A DNA stretch of 64,000 nucleotides, taken from NCBI GenBank assembly GCA_977017575.1, contig CDRNVI010000029.1, positions 806,001 through 870,000 on the forward strand, written 5' to 3'. A program made the translations under genes and the position numbers. This DNA comes from Paramoeba atlantica. Taxonomy: Eukaryota > Protista > Discosea. Below, piece after piece: positions 10,289-21,338 of this stretch. Below the pieces are notes generated by a model. It was not told the DNA's origin. It saw only the letters and a program-made list of their open reading frames with translations, and searched no databases. The stretch's first letter is position 1, and each line of letters begins with the position of its first letter.

Positions 10289-10489
10289 GATGAAACAATT
10301 CAGGTTCGGGGTCGGTTCGCCTGGGTTCGCCTGGCGCAATCTATTCCCCTTCTACTAATTCTTATTTATTACTTTTTTATTAATTCGTCCTTTTTATTCG
10401 TTTTTCTGTTTTTTAATGTATGTATTGAATACATACCTTATTCTAATATATCTATCATATTAAATGTTGCAAGACAGCGACAACTGCAA

Positions 10490-11260
10490 CATCATTAAGG
10501 AACTGTACGGAGTTCCTATTGATGGGACTATTCTTCTTGAAGCATTAGTGCTCATGTCACAGGCTCGTGATACAGGGCTATTGTTTCATGAAAATGCGTC
10601 CAAAACGTCGCTTTGTCGGGTGAAGGAGAAGAATCTTACAAACACTTGCATGCATCCGTACCATCACCGGTACCTCCGACCCCTTTTTATAACAAGAATA
10701 TAACATAAAAAGATCAACAACATCTCCCTAAAGCTCCTGGCTCAAAGCTTGAATGCGAAGCAACAATACGCAATCCGCGTACACACACCTTCAGAGACAG
10801 GTGAAGCTGTAAAATTGTTTGTTAAAAAGGTGGAGGAGGTTATTCAGACGTGGCTGGGTCTGCTTACGGCAGAGAAAATCGAGCCGGCTCGCCTTCCTAT
10901 TAAGAAAGGGGGATTGCGATTGACTTCGCGTACTAACATTAGAGAGGCGGCATATACTTGTAATACTTCGCTTCATATGACAAAAGAGCGCCAAAATTCC
11001 TTTTCTGCTCGTGCCAATGGAGTGAGGGGCAACGGAATTCTCAACGCCGGTAACTCCCACGATCTAGTACCACCAACACACGACAAGAACAATCGCAGCG
11101 ATATACCACGACGAAGTACTAAAGATCATAGAGAAGGACCCATTCATCTCCAAGATCCTAAGGGCAACGACGATAAATGGGCCAGAGCGAGACATTCCTG
11201 CATCCAAGCGCGAAGCTGAGGTACGAAGTGTGCTTCGAGGAAAGGTTGCGAGAACTGGCG
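10490..11260 (+). mobile_element. Second CRE-clade retrotransposon fragment (end of RT/thumb region), pseudogenised
   Basis: LYGVPIDG; YAIRVHTP; ARLPIKKGGLRLTSRTNIREAAY (the LPxxxGGLGL block typical of CRE elements); LRYEVCFEERLR. Several frameshifts. Confidence 0.65.
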
Positions 11261-12249
11261 GTAATTTTTTTTCTCCACCCTCAAAAGATAGAGTGGTTTT
11301 TTTGGTCAAGGGGCACCTTATTGCATTACCTAAGGTGCAGGGGCATGGCACACCCCACCTCCCTATCTTAGTGCTGCTGCTGTGACGTCAGTAGGGCACC
11401 TAGGCTCACCTCCGTAGGGCACCGCAAAAGCTATATTTTTGTAGCTGGCTCACGCAGCGAAAAGCACTCTTTTTGGAACCTTTCGAGGTATTTTTTTCGT
11501 GTCTGTGTAGATGACTCGTCATCTTCATGGGCGCCTACGTCCCGCTGATACAGGCTTCGGTACCAGAGAGGGATGAGACCACATCGCTTCGGCGACAAAC
11601 AGTCCATTTTGAACATTGAACCGGCACCTCCATACTGCAAAGAAATTTTCCATGATACTGGAGGTTTTCTCCGTCTTCCAGTAAAGACTTCACTTCTCAG
11701 AGCCAGAAAAGTTTGCAGCTAACTTTGAAAAACACGCCAAGTAGAAATCGCCATTGGTTTCAATGGGATTCGGTCGGTTCGCCTCGGTTCGCTTCGGTCC
11801 GTCCAGGTGACGTTTTTTTAAGTTTCACCCCTCTAAATCTTCTTGTACATCTAGGCCCCCTGGATCAGTTCCCCTTCGGATCCCCGCGCACATTGCGGAA
11901 AGACCCCCCCCGTTGAAGCACGGCAATCCCCATCCTCAAATTCAGAAATTAACCACGAGGCTTAGGAACCAACTCCTATTTCAACATCATCATTTCCTCC
12001 GCGGACACAAGTGGAGCGAAAGGACGCCGCTGATACTCGTCGTAGGCGTCGAGTAGACGCCTTGGATTTTGCGTCTAGTGCGGTGCAAATGCATCTAAAG
12101 CGGAAGGAACGGGGCGGCAACAAAATGCTACAGAAAGCAAGGATAAAGAAAAACTTCGAAGAGGAACTTTGGGCTAAACTGAAGCAAAATTCGGTTTTTT
12201 CGTTTTTTTCATAAATCTGTTCAAAAATTGTTCAAAAATTGTTGAAAAA

Positions 12250-13106
12250 CTTAAACTGACAACTTTAGGCTTAAAAAGCGGACACTGTACATATACGCAA
12301 GCGCAATGCTCTTTTAGATTTTCAAGCACGCGCAACAAAGCATCCCCCCCATTACACTTCAAACTTCCGCTTCCCTGCTCTGCGTAGGCCTGCACCCGAT
12401 CTTCTCTCCGGGCCCCGAGACAAATATTGTGACGGGCGCCATCTGTTCAAATTCTGGTACGTTCTCCTGCAGATAGTTCTGTAATTCCGGGGACAAGAGA
12501 ACCGGAAGTGCGATCTGGTACTACTTGCATTAAAATTTCGGATAACTTGTTGTTTCGAGTCGTCACCGCAACCGTTTGGGCGACTTGCGCATCTTCTGCG
12601 CGAACGCGCCTCACACCATGACTACCTCGGTGACGTTTCCGAACCGAGAAAAAAGTTTCATCACACTGCATCGAGTGGACACTCCCTCTTTATCGGGCGC
12701 GTCGACTCACATGACACGTTGCCATGATGGAATCAATCCACTGACGTGGTGATATAATTGTTTTCTCACTGAGCTCCGTCTCTGCAACAGACACCTCATG
12801 TCTATTTCCCCGAACGTAAAGTACAATGTACTTCAGTGTTTGTTTAGCGCTTCGCTGCGCCCTGCCCGGCAACAGTGGACCCGTCTTCTCATATATCCCT
12901 TTGCAAGACTTCGTACACTTCCATTTTTCACCATTGATTTCCATAGTGTGGTCACTCGTGTGATTTCGCTTGCAACATATGACCTTTTGTGCCACCAACT
13001 CATTATTTTGTAGCGACTCCACGCACTGCTTTTCAGTCCAAGTTGCAATCTTACTTATTGTCAGCTTTCGCCGATAAGCGAACCCAACACACCCCGTGCA
13101 AGGCAT
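12250..13106 (-). pseudogene. Merlin/ISXO2-like DDE transposase pseudogene
   Basis: Cys-rich N-part (ICCKRNH..KWKCTKSC), then *RGSVHSMQCDETFFSVRKRHRG, VVPDRTSGSLVPGI, RI*TDG. In-frame TAA at 12690-12692 and TGA at 12447-12449, all in one frame. Confidence 0.85.
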
Positions 13107-13124
13107 GGAAAGATAGCCCAAGTA

Positions 13125-13756
13125 CTATACCCCCCCTGCTTATGAGTTCCCCGGTTTTGAGAAAAAGGAACTCATAAGCATACCAGACCAAAAATCGGGC
13201 CCTGAAAATATCGAAAAATCGGGCCCACGGCGCTTCGCGCCGCGAGTTATCCATTAAAATGATACTACACCGTGCAGCCCCATGCGGCTTGCCCCCGTTT
13301 TTATCCCGCGTCGCGGTTTTCGATAAAAGGGCACATTATCAATATACATGTAAATTATTCACATTATCAATGTAAACTATGTGATCGGGGAATCCATTGC
13401 CAAATACGAAAAGAGAACCCATTTGCGATTGTCAAACGAATAATTTCAAAGATTACATACAGTCCGGGTTTTGTAATATAGGTGGGGTGCCCTTCTTATT
13501 TATCCTATATCAAACTTTTGTTTTTGTTTTTTTCTTGTTTTACTTTTTTCTTTTTCTTTTTTTATTAACGACCGCCCACTTTATAGTCGCTTCTTGGGTC
13601 TCTTTTTCTGCTGAATGGTAGTTTAGAATTTTATGAAAATTTGTTAAGTGCCAAAAAATAATCGCTTCGCGAAAAGTGGGTACCCAACCACTCACCTTAG
13701 AAAAGGAACTCATAAGCGTACCAGAATTGGGGGAACTCATAAGCAGGGGGGTATAG
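13125..13756. mobile_element. MITE with TA target-site duplication (Tc1/mariner-type), nested in the Merlin 5' region
   Basis: TIR ctatacccccc(c)tgcttatgagttcccc at both ends; TA at 13123-24 and 13757-58; subterminal aggaactcataagc repeats. Confidence 0.9.
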
Positions 13757-14805
13757 TAACTGAAAATGACGAAAAGAATAGCGAAAAACTCAAGAAAATA
13801 CGAATACGATCTCTGGAGAAGTATTTTCTACAATCAGAGAATTTGATCGACAAAAATTGAAAAAAAAACCGAATTTTGCTTCAGTTTCACCGAACTTTGC
13901 ACTGATCGTGCGAACTGCACTTTATACGGCAGAAAGCACGCCGATGAACCAAAGGCACTTCGTGACAATATGCAGCAGCTGTTTCACCTAAAGTGCCGAC
14001 ATTGCGGCAATTTGTCACTCCTATGGCGAGAGTTATTACAACTCTCATCTAAACCATACGTGCCCCGGCCTTCAAAAGTCCGAGCCAAAAAAAACAATGC
14101 CTGAACAGGGCTCGGCTAGAACCATCCAAGAATACTGGAGTCATGTGTTTCCTTCCGTCATCGCAACAACAAACATTCCCTTATCAAGGGCTCTCCGCAC
14201 ACAACAAACTCTGATGAAATTATTACCCAACGGTACGCGTAAGGAAGATATAGTTCTCGGCATGACAAGGACCGTGCATGAGCTGGCTCACCTTTCAACG
14301 ATTGCGAAGCACATATGGGAGCAAGTCCACGCCAGCATTGATATGTATCACTTGTTCGGGAAGTTCACATGTATAATATTTATAGGTGGAAGCACAAGTA
14401 GGTGCACTTACCCAGATGGAAAACGCGGCAATCGTTGCAAGCACCAGTTCTTCATTCGTATGACGCAATGGGAGTGAACGAAAATGATGAAAGTTTGTAA
14501 AAAGCGACGCTTTCGGCGTCTGACCTTCGGCGTTTACGATAAACAGTCAAGTTGAAAAGACACTGTAACATGAAGCTGGGGTGAAGAAATAAAAAATACA
14601 AAAACATCAAATAAAAATTGGATACCATCGAGCCAAACTTTAAGTACATTTGCAACAAGAATCCCTTTCAAACCGTCAAGCCGGACATAGGATGTCAAGG
14701 TTCCTTCCACATAGGGGGTTCCTTCTGCGTTGGTATCTACAGACTGATACCGTGGATAGGAACATCAGTATATAAAGCCCAATCAGTTAGCACACAAATA
14801 TACTA

Positions 14806-15168
14806 AAGGGAGGGTTCGTCTATTATTAACAGTTTTGTTTTGTTAATAATAGACGGTCTTTTAATAATAGATGAAATAATACCTCCTTTTTCGAATACTA
14901 GATGAACATTTTTATCTATTATTAACAGTCGACCTTTTAGGCTTGTTATAGGCTCGTTTTCTACCCTTATCCCCACGAATAAGTTATTCGTTGGGTTACG
15001 TTTACGAAAAAAGCCCCATGAAAGTTGGTTTTAGCGATTTTGACTTTAGGGAAGCTGCGAAAAATGAAGGAAATTAATTCTTGTTAGTAATAGATGAATG
15101 TTAATAATAGATGAAATAATACTATTGTTAATAATACATGGTTGCTACTAATAGACGAACCTCCCCTT
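14806..15168. mobile_element. AT-rich MITE, TA-flanked, 363 bp
   Basis: TIR aaggg(a/g)(g/a)ggttcgtctatta / taatagacgaacctcccctt; TA on both sides; internal ttaataatagatgaa repeats. Confidence 0.8.
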
Positions 15169-15241
15169 TAATTTCTTTTATAAATGTCTTTTATGAGCAC
15201 AATTTAAGTTTACGAAGTCGCGTAAGCTTAATTTTGAGGTA

Positions 15242-15420
15242 CTGTTCCCCCCCGTTTAAGCGCACCTTGATTTCCGTGAAAAGTGCGCTTAAACGGGGGG
15301 AGTCTGAATCAGTACGTAACAAAAATTTGGCACCGCTTCGCGGCGCCGGAGTCCGCACCTCAACTCTATGTGCGCTTAAACGGGGGGTCTGACCGGGTGC
15401 GCTTAGGGGGGGGGGGACAG
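15242..15420. mobile_element. 179-bp MITE, TA-flanked
   Basis: ta|ctgttccccccc..ggggggggacag|ta; four aagcgcac/gtgcgctt subterminal units, three of them as gtttaagcgcac/gtgcgcttaaac. Confidence 0.8.
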
Positions 15421-15790
15421 TATTACATTTTATCCCCACTCTAAGTGGGGGTAGCCCCAATCATCCCTTTGCAATTTTTTTTAATACCAGCAAATTGTCA
15501 GTGGCAGTTTTGTAGCAGATACAGTATGTTTGAAATTTATTCCGAATGTAAGTTTACGGTATGGGATATAGGGTAGAGGGAAGATAATGAGGGGTAAAGG
15601 AGATCAAGTCTCGCCCGTCTAAACGTGAGCTCTCGATCCTTGGAGGACGAATGAGATCTTCACAGAGGATAAATCTCCGAGATTATTAGCATTTAAAAAA
15701 ATTTGGATGAATCACACTCGTTGCAAAGCGAACGATAAAATGCATTTCTGTCTACTAGAAAAAACGAAGTTTCTACAGGAAAGCCTCTAG

Positions 15791-16219
15791 CTAGTCACTT
15801 ATTAGATTACACGTATAAGGCACGGGTGTTTTATTTAGCCATTCGTATTGCGTAATAGGAATCAGACCCATCCACATGCATTTGAGAACAACAACGGAAA
15901 GTGCGATAAGATTGAACAATGCAAAATTCCATTTCGCTGCACGAACAGCTGGTTGAAGCTCTGCATCGTGCTCATACGTGTTGAAATGACTGGCCAAAGA
16001 CATAATAGCTTTAATGGGCTGCAATATGGACATAACAGTTACAACAATGCTAAAAAGGTGAATTTCATTCCCGATCATCCATAACATGAAGAGAGTCATC
16101 GGGATGCTTCGCAAAGGAGCACGACCGAGAGATCTAATGCGGTTTTCTTTTACATGCCAGTCTGTATTAAGCGTCGGTGAGTCACGTTTCAAACATGTTT
16201 CCGAACCGCTCGATTTCAT
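15791..16219 (-). CDS. EMC4: ER membrane protein complex subunit 4
   Basis: APLRSIPMTLFMLWMIGNEIHLFSIVVTVM..QPIKAI and KCMWMGLIP match the EMC4/DUF1077 pattern. Confidence 0.88.
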   Translation of the reverse strand: MKSSGSETCLKRDSPTLNTDWHVKENRIRSLGRAPLRSIPMTLFMLWMIGNEIHLFSIVVTVMSILQPIKAIMSLASHFNTYEHDAELQPAVRAAKWNFALFNLIALSVVVLKCMWMGLIPITQYEWLNKTPVPYTCNLISD

Positions 16220-16473
16220 GTTTTACAATACGAAATGTCTTAATGCATTCAAACCGCCCCCTGTTTGACTAAAGTAAATAACCGTTAATGCACCTAGTAT
16301 AACAACATACCTAGTATACTCAGTAGAGATGTGTGTTGTATATCGCTTTAGAACGTATTACCACATCTTTTACGAAAGGAGTGCGGGAAGTCTCAATTCA
16401 AAGAGAGACAAAATATTGAGTCAATTTATCTTAATCAGTTGACTGTACATCATTGTTTTTATGTTCGTGTGAG

Positions 16474-17208
16474 TCACTCGAAAAGGTCTTCAATGGAAGA
16501 AAATAAGACGGTTGGCCCTTCAATTGGATCAGAGTCTTGATCATTCGGACCGGAGTCTTGGTGAATTGGTGCTACATCCACCAAAACACACGATGGAACT
16601 TCATCAGTCGAAAGCTGAATTTTCGTCATGCGCATATCAAAGGATATCAGAGATTTAGGTAGAGAAGTAGTTTGCAGAATGCCAGAAAACAAGTTGCTAT
16701 CTATTCGAATGTAGCGAATTCCGGAAGGCAGTCTGCTAGTGTCCACAGTACCCTGAAAATAATTGTCTGAAATATTGAAGTATATTAATGCTGAAGGGAG
16801 TAAAGTAAAATCGATAAATCCCGTGAATCGAGAGTACATGACGCTGAAGTCTTCGAGACATGAAGGCAATAAAGTTACGTCGATAGAACCGTGAAGATGA
16901 TTTCTGTCGTGATATCCGCTGACGTCAACCGAAACAACTGTTCGTGGCGTATGAGTCCATTTCATGATCCCATAGAGATCCCTTCCCAAGCGTGTAGAAC
17001 TCCATAAAAGTTTTGAAACTTGACCACTCTCATCGCACTCCACACCTTCCCAAGCGCATGCCGAAGTTTGCTCAGTCCAGGATGGAAATGTGTGAACTCG
17101 ATTTTCTATTTCTTCAGTGAGACGCAATAACTCATACTCTTGAGGAAGCAATGCGCCATGAATCTTCCTTGCCTCATGATCCATGTCGGAGAAAGAAGCG
17201 CGATACAT
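16474..17208 (-). CDS. Short LRR protein, paralogue 1 (CxWxGVxC cap, LRRs of the LxGxxDxxxLPxxL type)
   Basis: CAWEGVECDESGQV; LHGSIDVTLLPSCL; FTGFIDFTLLPSAL; FQGTVDTSRLPSGI. Confidence 0.85.
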   Translation of the reverse strand: MYRASFSDMDHEARKIHGALLPQEYELLRLTEEIENRVHTFPSWTEQTSACAWEGVECDESGQVSKLLWSSTRLGRDLYGIMKWTHTPRTVVSVDVSGYHDRNHLHGSIDVTLLPSCLEDFSVMYSRFTGFIDFTLLPSALIYFNISDNYFQGTVDTSRLPSGIRYIRIDSNLFSGILQTTSLPKSLISFDMRMTKIQLSTDEVPSCVLVDVAPIHQDSGPNDQDSDPIEGPTVLFSSIEDLFE

Positions 17209-17507
17209 CGTAAAAAGGAACTAGAAAATGCCTCGATAAGGAAACTTAGCAACATGTGTAAGCAAGATTTTGGCACCACCGTAGACCGCACGACTGACAC
17301 ATCACATACATAACATCACATACTAAAGCTGATTGAGCGAATGTGCTCTACATATTGTATTAGAGATTGTGAAAGTAAGGTGGGGATGGCACCATACTTA
17401 CTGTATTGGATTTGACGCATTCTTCTCGAAAACAAAAATGTGGAGAATTTTTGAATTCAGCTTTACTCTAAAGATTCTGAAACTATTTTCAATAATACAT
17501 CACTCCG

Positions 17508-18284
17508 TCAGTTCAGTTCTTGTGAGATTTCGCTCACGCACTTCTCAGCCACATCGGTAATGTGTTGAAAACGAACCGGGCCCAAAAGTATACCTCCGAA
17601 CCATCGTGTAACTGAAACAAAATGAGAGATACAGCGATTTTTACGTAACACAGCCAATATCTTACCCCCAGCAAGTCGTTCTCCGTCGTCCACAGCACCT
17701 TCTTTTACGTGCATTGTAGAGTGGAAATCCGTGGATTCGCATTCTTTCCCGGCGCTCATACTTGAAGCAAGTTTGAAATCCAAGGGTGTCTGATTTTTTC
17801 TTTTTTTATTTAGCGACGTGGGCTCATTTGATCTTGAATTGATATTGGAGGCACACTTCATATGCACATTCTTGCTTGAAAAAAGGCCTATATCCGTCGA
17901 ATATCGATACGCGTGTATGGATGGATGAGCAGCCTCAACGACATCAGGGAATCGAATCTTGATAAGCTCAAGTGTATCCACCACGTCTTGTAGCGAGCGT
18001 ATTCCTACAGCAACGTGACCAACAAACCGCGAGCCTCTGTCTTGTATTTCACGAGTTCCCCGAATCAAGCGTATCTGACGTGATGACAAACGGGACGCAA
18101 TCACGGTTTTTCTATCTTTTCTGAATAAGGATAACATGGGCGACATCGTTGTTGAGCGATGTCCATTTTCACTGATGTTTTCTTCGTCATCAACGTCTAT
18201 GCTCTTCTGGTATAAACATTTGAAACCGTAGGTCGAGAGAGAACCACTTTTTTGAAAGGAATCATGGTTGTTTAGTGACTTCAT
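17508..18284 (-). CDS. IMPACT: IMPACT/YigZ (UPF0029) family protein
   Basis: DRGSRFVGH; AAHPSIHAYR; DDGERLAGGKIL; VSVTRWFGGILLGPVRFQHI. Confidence 0.88.
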   Translation of the reverse strand: MKSLNNHDSFQKSGSLSTYGFKCLYQKSIDVDDEENISENGHRSTTMSPMLSLFRKDRKTVIASRLSSRQIRLIRGTREIQDRGSRFVGHVAVGIRSLQDVVDTLELIKIRFPDVVEAAHPSIHAYRYSTDIGLFSSKNVHMKCASNINSRSNEPTSLNKKRKNQTPLDFKLASSMSAGKECESTDFHSTMHVKEGAVDDGERLAGGKILAVLRKNRCISHFVSVTRWFGGILLGPVRFQHITDVAEKCVSEISQELN

Positions 18285-18455
18285 ACAAATAAAGAGGGAT
18301 AAACATTTATCACTTCCATGACTACTGCCTTCTATTGTTAGTGTTTTTCAGAAAATCCAGAACGGAAAAAAAACTCTGTTGTTCTGTCCTTGTATATTTT
18401 TCTGTCCTTGAATACATAGTTTTGTTAACTTGTTCGAACATGTTCAATTACGCAT

Positions 18456-19643
18456 TCATCTGGCGACCTCAATCTGAATGGAGGGAATCTTTTTCTTCCA
18501 CAATCCCTCCGTAGCTTGTGAAAATTCTAAGGCTGCCTCATCCGACATCATTGCGGGATGCTGAAAGATTCGAGGTATTTCTTTGCAATCAGCATAGAAT
18601 TCGCCCGATGTAAGTTGCTTAGAGTATATACAATGCAGGATACTATGTGATCCCTGTTGTGAAGTCTGAAACACTAAAGGGAGAAATGTTCGCGAAATAA
18701 AGTTATAAAAGGAACGAGGCAAAATGCGGTCGTAAAGATTCGACATCACAGCGCCCGGATGAACGGAAACGGAGGTAATACCCACCGCGCTGTGCTCTAA
18801 GTGCAATGCTCGAGCATCCAGAGCATTCGCAAGCTTGGATACACCATAGCACGAGACACCTGCGAAGCGCCCCTCCACCGGATAGAGGTACTCCAGAGCG
18901 TTGATCTCCCTGGGGGCGGTCAGAAAACTCGCAATACTGGACACGCAGACCACCCGCGCGTGACTTCGTTTAAGTTCGCCCATAAGCAGTCGGGTGAGAA
19001 GATAATGGCCAAGATAGTTCGTCCCATAATGAGCCTCAAATCCATCCGCTGTACATTGAGTTCCTTCAAGATAAAACACACCTGCATTGTTTATGAGGTA
19101 ATCTAACGACGTTTGGTAGGATTGAAAAAGGTTTGCACAGTTTATTATGGAAGTAGAATCCGAAAGGTCCAAAGGAAGAATCGTCACTAATGCCTTCGTG
19201 TTTTCTTTGCGGATTTCAAGGGCTGTGAGTTTCCCTTTCTGAACATTCCGACATGTCAAAAAAACATGACAATCATGAGCGCAGAGATCTTTGACCACTT
19301 CACGCCCGATGCCGGAGTTTCCACCAGTGACCAGCGCGACCTTGCCCTGCAACGAGTGCCGACAGGTGCAGGATACCCCGCGTGCGATCCAACGGCAAAA
19401 CGCGTATGATGCAATCAGGAGTGATCCCCAGGCAAGGGGTGTTGATGGTACCAAGCACTTGTATAGCACAGTAGGGACGAGTACGCATGCCAATGCCGCT
19501 TTTCCTAGCGTGAAATACACAATCCGAGGAGTAAGCCGAAGGTTTATCATCTTTAACTCTAAGATGGTAAGGACTGTTAAAGTGTTGGAATGTATTTGAT
19601 ATGCGAAAATAATAGAATATCCCACATTCCTCAATACAGACAT
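18456..19643 (-). CDS. Short-chain dehydrogenase/reductase, retinol-dehydrogenase-like, membrane anchored
   Basis: ALVTGGNSGIG (TGxxxGxG), LINNAG, NYLGHYLLT, YGVSK (YxxxK), SVHPG; hydrophobic N-terminus. The start could instead be the Met of MINLRL. Confidence 0.93.
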   Translation of the reverse strand: MSVLRNVGYSIIFAYQIHSNTLTVLTILELKMINLRLTPRIVYFTLGKAALACVLVPTVLYKCLVPSTPLAWGSLLIASYAFCRWIARGVSCTCRHSLQGKVALVTGGNSGIGREVVKDLCAHDCHVFLTCRNVQKGKLTALEIRKENTKALVTILPLDLSDSTSIINCANLFQSYQTSLDYLINNAGVFYLEGTQCTADGFEAHYGTNYLGHYLLTRLLMGELKRSHARVVCVSSIASFLTAPREINALEYLYPVEGRFAGVSCYGVSKLANALDARALHLEHSAVGITSVSVHPGAVMSNLYDRILPRSFYNFISRTFLPLVFQTSQQGSHSILHCIYSKQLTSGEFYADCKEIPRIFQHPAMMSDEAALEFSQATEGLWKKKIPSIQIEVAR

Positions 19644-19765
19644 GTTTCTTTTTTCAACATGGTTTCAATATGGTTTCGGGGTTCTTATTTATGTCAGTAC
19701 TAAAGGTTGACAGTGATCTGTTGACGTTCAAGAAACAGAAAAAGAGAGAACAGACCTATCGATAT

Positions 19766-21055
19766 TCAGTGACCTCTCTTTCGCGCCCTCCAATGTGCCG
19801 ACTTTGCGGACCACATATTACTGGGTGTTAGTCCGATCGCCGGGGCAACACGGCGACTGCGCTCACAGGCTCCAAGCTGATGAACATCCGAGAAATGTAC
19901 ACTTTCTGGGTCCGCAGTAGAGAACACTGGACGATATATTCGCCCAAGCGCATCGTAGATGGCTCGAAAAACAAGGCCTGTAGGGGAGGAAGAAGTGCCC
20001 ATTGATAGAGTAGTGTCTTTACTGTCAACCGTATCCTCCAGTGCATGATCGGGAATACAAGATACGTGCGAGATAGAAGAGAGAACCCCGTACCCTTTCG
20101 GTGACGTATGTGAAATCGCAGCGTAAAATGGACCCAAATCAAGTGGCACATCTCGCGCTGGGAGGCGAACCTGCGTTAGTTTTCGTTTTAAGAAAAGGTT
20201 TAGATTTTTGAAAGGAGATAACGTGGCGCCGAGTCGTTCTAAATACGAAAGTTGCGGATACAACAGGAATAAGCCAATGAGCTGTGAACCCAAAGTATCA
20301 GTATCATTCTCTTCCGGGCTTCTCGGTAGAAAAATACTTTTATCAAGGGAAAAAACCCTCTCCCATGACTTCAGATGCTCATAAAGCAAAAAATAATTTC
20401 TTAGGTTAACATGCGCTACTAGATTTTCAGAAAGTGTACGCAAATTCATGGTTTCTTCGGGTTCCATTTGACGTTCGTCAACGATTTTAATTAAAGGCTT
20501 CACAAGTTTCTGAACAATGGATACTGTAAGGTTCGCCAAGTTTGCAAAAGAATTGCTAGAGACCGATTTTCGAGCACTTTCAAGTCGCACATGCGGTCGA
20601 AATAGATAATGGAGTATGGAAATAGGCCCATGAAGAGAATAGGTCGCACGTCCTATAAAATTGTGAGAAAGAACGCCTTTCCCTGCTTCGTTCAGATATA
20701 TCTGATCCTGGCTAATAATGCCATATTTCAAAGATTTCATTAATGAAATTGGTCCACGTAAAGCAGAAGGGATGGTCGTGACGGTTGATGAAGGTCGATC
20801 GACAAGATGCACTCTGCAAATCCTAGTTGACCCGGATCCAACAGGAGAAACACTTGTTATACTTGCATGAGGAGAATTTGAAATCAATTCGAAATTCCTA
20901 TATTGCAGCGCGGCACGAATGGACCAACAAGTTGGTGAATCATCATCATTTGCAAAGACAAGTTTCCCATGTCGGCCGTTTTTTTCCCATAATTCACTCT
21001 TTGATGATATTAGTCTCTTACTACGGGACTGAATGACGGAACTGATTCGTAGCAT
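19766..21055 (-). CDS. Hypothetical 429-aa protein; weak GST/glutaredoxin-N-like motifs, presequence-like N-terminus
   Basis: Long ORF on the coding strand; SPTCWSIRAALQY and LHGPISILHYL resemble GST-N elements. Function not established. Confidence 0.55.
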   Translation of the reverse strand: MLRISSVIQSRSKRLISSKSELWEKNGRHGKLVFANDDDSPTCWSIRAALQYRNFELISNSPHASITSVSPVGSGSTRICRVHLVDRPSSTVTTIPSALRGPISLMKSLKYGIISQDQIYLNEAGKGVLSHNFIGRATYSLHGPISILHYLFRPHVRLESARKSVSSNSFANLANLTVSIVQKLVKPLIKIVDERQMEPEETMNLRTLSENLVAHVNLRNYFLLYEHLKSWERVFSLDKSIFLPRSPEENDTDTLGSQLIGLFLLYPQLSYLERLGATLSPFKNLNLFLKRKLTQVRLPARDVPLDLGPFYAAISHTSPKGYGVLSSISHVSCIPDHALEDTVDSKDTTLSMGTSSSPTGLVFRAIYDALGRIYRPVFSTADPESVHFSDVHQLGACERSRRVAPAIGLTPSNMWSAKSAHWRARKRGH

Positions 21056-21338
21056 TTACCACACGTTACCACACATTAAGTTCAATTACCAAAATATAAC
21101 GCGTAGGGGTGGAATACATGTAATACGGTATTATACGCGTGCTGTAATACGCGTATAATTATTGTAATTTAATTTATTGTAATTTAATACGCTGGTGAAG
21201 TGGATCATTCCGGGACACACGTACAGGACTCTAAAATGTGTAGATACAATACATGTACAAGGAATACATGCACCTTGGCGCGCCGAAGCACGATAGATAT
21301 CATGATAGAATCCCCAGTTAGAGCGATGCTACTACACG

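Larger units (their letters stand above)
12172..13891 (-). mobile_element. Complete Merlin (IS1595/ISXO2-like) DNA transposon, inactivated
   Basis: TIRs ggctaaactgaagcaaaattcggttttt (from 12172) and aaaaaccgaattttgcttcagtttcacc (to 13891); identical 8-bp TSD GAACTTTG at 12164-12171 and 13892-13899; carries a transposase relic. Confidence 0.92.
12011..14477 (+). pseudogene. Decayed gene or element with a SWIM-like zinc finger (possible MULE relic), interrupted by the Merlin element
   Basis: Removing Merlin plus one TSD joins ..KKNFEEEL to CTDRANC..LKCRHCG.. without a stop for about 158 codons. A second frame ends in RCTYPDGKRGNRCKHQFFI, resembling SWIM CxCx(n)CxH with one Cys lost. Confidence 0.3.

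Noticed and set aside
11431-11640. 69-aa ORF inside the TE nest
   Set aside because: Probably another decayed element, but no recognisable motif.
10300-11800. ggtcggttcgcct direct repeats at about 10310 and 11774 as LTRs
   Set aside because: Only about 25 bp of similarity, no TG..CA ends or PBS; left unexplained.
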